Source: Gemmatimonadales bacterium (GTDB lineage Bacteria > Gemmatimonadota > Gemmatimonadetes > Gemmatimonadales > GWC2-71-9). Taken from it: 64,000 nucleotides of DNA. The stretch covers positions 12,375 through 76,374 of the forward strand of contig JBDIWC010000016.1 of the NCBI GenBank assembly GCA_039794085.1, written 5' to 3'. The notes under the pieces are model-generated. The model was not told where the DNA came from, made no database searches, and saw only the letters and a list, made by a program, of their open reading frames with translations. A program made the translations under genes and the position numbers. Positions 63,297-64,000 of the stretch are shown in pieces; position 1 is the first letter of the stretch, and each line of letters begins with the position of its first letter.

Positions 63297-63515
63297 ATGA
63301 ACGCGAATCAGATCAAGGGTGAATGGAAGCAGATCCGAGGCAAGGTGGCCGAGCAATGGGGCAAGCTGACAAACGATGATCTCGATGTCATCGCCGGGAA
63401 ACGGGACCAGTTGCTGGGTCGACTCCAGGTGCGGTATGGCAAGACGCAGGAGGCGATCGAGGAGGAAGTGAAGGAGTTCGAGGATCGGTTCAAGAAGCCG
63501 AAGTCGGCGCGCTAG
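63297..63515 (+). CDS. csbD: CsbD/YjbJ family general stress protein
   Basis: IKGEWKQIRGKVAEQWGKLTNDDLDVIAGKRDQLLGRLQVRYG. Confidence 0.93.
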   Translation: MNANQIKGEWKQIRGKVAEQWGKLTNDDLDVIAGKRDQLLGRLQVRYGKTQEAIEEEVKEFEDRFKKPKSAR

Positions 63516-63570
63516 TCGGCCAAGCGGCCCTGACCAATTGGCGGGCATCGTCACCAGGCCAGGATCCGGC

Positions 63571-63818
63571 CTAGGACCCAGGACCCAGGACCTAGGACAT
63601 ACGACATAGGACCTAGGACCGGGGACCGGGGACCTAGGACCGGGGACATAGGTGGACCGGCCATCGGTCATCCCGAGCCGAAGGCAATGGATCTGTGAAC
63701 GTGGCAGGTGTACTTCGCGTCGTCCGGAACCCGGAATCCGCATGCTGTGTTCACCTCCCTCCGCGGTTCCGCGTGTCCTATGTCCTACTGTCCTACTGTC
63801 CTGCGTTCTATCTCCTGC
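63571..63818. repeat. Inverted heptamer-array element, about 250 bp, with a roughly 120-bp core
   Basis: Left 11 units of CTAGGAC/CCAGGAC/ATAGGAC/CGGGGAC type plus a partial unit (63571-63652); right GTCCTAT GTCCTAC(T) GTCCTAC(T) GTCCTGC GTTCTAT CTCCTGC (63775-63818). Confidence 0.88.
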
Positions 63819-63844
63819 CCACCCGTCCTGCGCCGCACGGTTAA

Positions 63845-64000
63845 GGAAACTCTGATCAATTCCGCAACGTAACAGGAGTGAGTCCTTTCTCACCCATTGT
63901 GCCCTTTGCGTTGGAGCGTACCCATGTCGCAGCTGACCCTGTCCGAGGCCGGATTTGACAAGTACCGGAAGGTGACCCGCCGCGAGCAGTTCCTGACGGA
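63845..64000 (+). mobile_element. Left end of an IS5-family (IS5 subgroup) insertion sequence
   Basis: TTAA (63841-63844, YTAR-type target) followed by GGAAACTCTGATCAATT (candidate IRL) and a transposase start 79 nt inside. Confidence 0.8.
63924..64000 (+). CDS. IS5 family transposase, N-terminal fragment (truncated by the window edge)
   Basis: Manual translation MSQLTLSEAGFDKYRKVTRREQFLT resembles the IS5 N-terminus (QLTF...KxTRxExFL); GGAG RBS. Confidence 0.82.
   Translation, partial: MSQLTLSEAGFDKYRKVTRREQFLT

Noticed and set aside
63225..63893. Minus-strand 222-aa ORF, and the 45201..45404 and 45304..45504 ORFs with repetitive peptides
   Set aside because: They are translations of heptamer arrays and antisense csbD or receptor sequence, with no RBS or domain support.

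Overview
High-GC bacterial chromosomal window made almost entirely of core genes, nearly all on the minus strand in tightly coupled operons. Gene order and protein style suggest Gemmatimonadota, which is an inference. Content in order: the Kdo/CTP operon (kdsB-pyrG-kdsA-kdsC-kdsD), mqnE-mqnA-mqnC-ispF-dedA-xerD, yceD-rpmF-plsX-fabH-fabD-fabG-acpP-fabF, sucC-sucD-ndk, a complete nuoA-N operon followed by a phosphomannomutase and a UPF0182 gene, dcd, mdh-sdhCAB, an orphan Oar-like TonB-dependent receptor, moaD-moaE-moaA-trmL, an HU/IHF gene, and a long yicC-gmk-rpoZ-coaBC-udg-dnaB-radA-ispD-tsaC-ptp-aroE-comF-gap-pgk-tpiA-secG-carA run. Two small stress-type genes follow, then the left end of an IS5 element at the window edge. 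I saw no rRNA, tRNA or CRISPR. The most unusual unexplained signal is non-coding. Five loci carry short tandem arrays with a 7-bp (or 14-bp) period built from several different units. They are often arranged as inverted pairs, sit right after stop codons and are interleaved with three kinds of REP-like motif; one of them forms the 3' end of trmL. Protein-level oddities include a CX5CX2C radical-SAM motif in MqnE, a DedA-TerB-like fusion, a possible divergent MCE-like protein beside the Kdo operon, a YwlE-type phosphatase and a His-rich NuoL insertion. Start codons were refined by eye from overlaps, RBS and family N-termini. No database searches were run.
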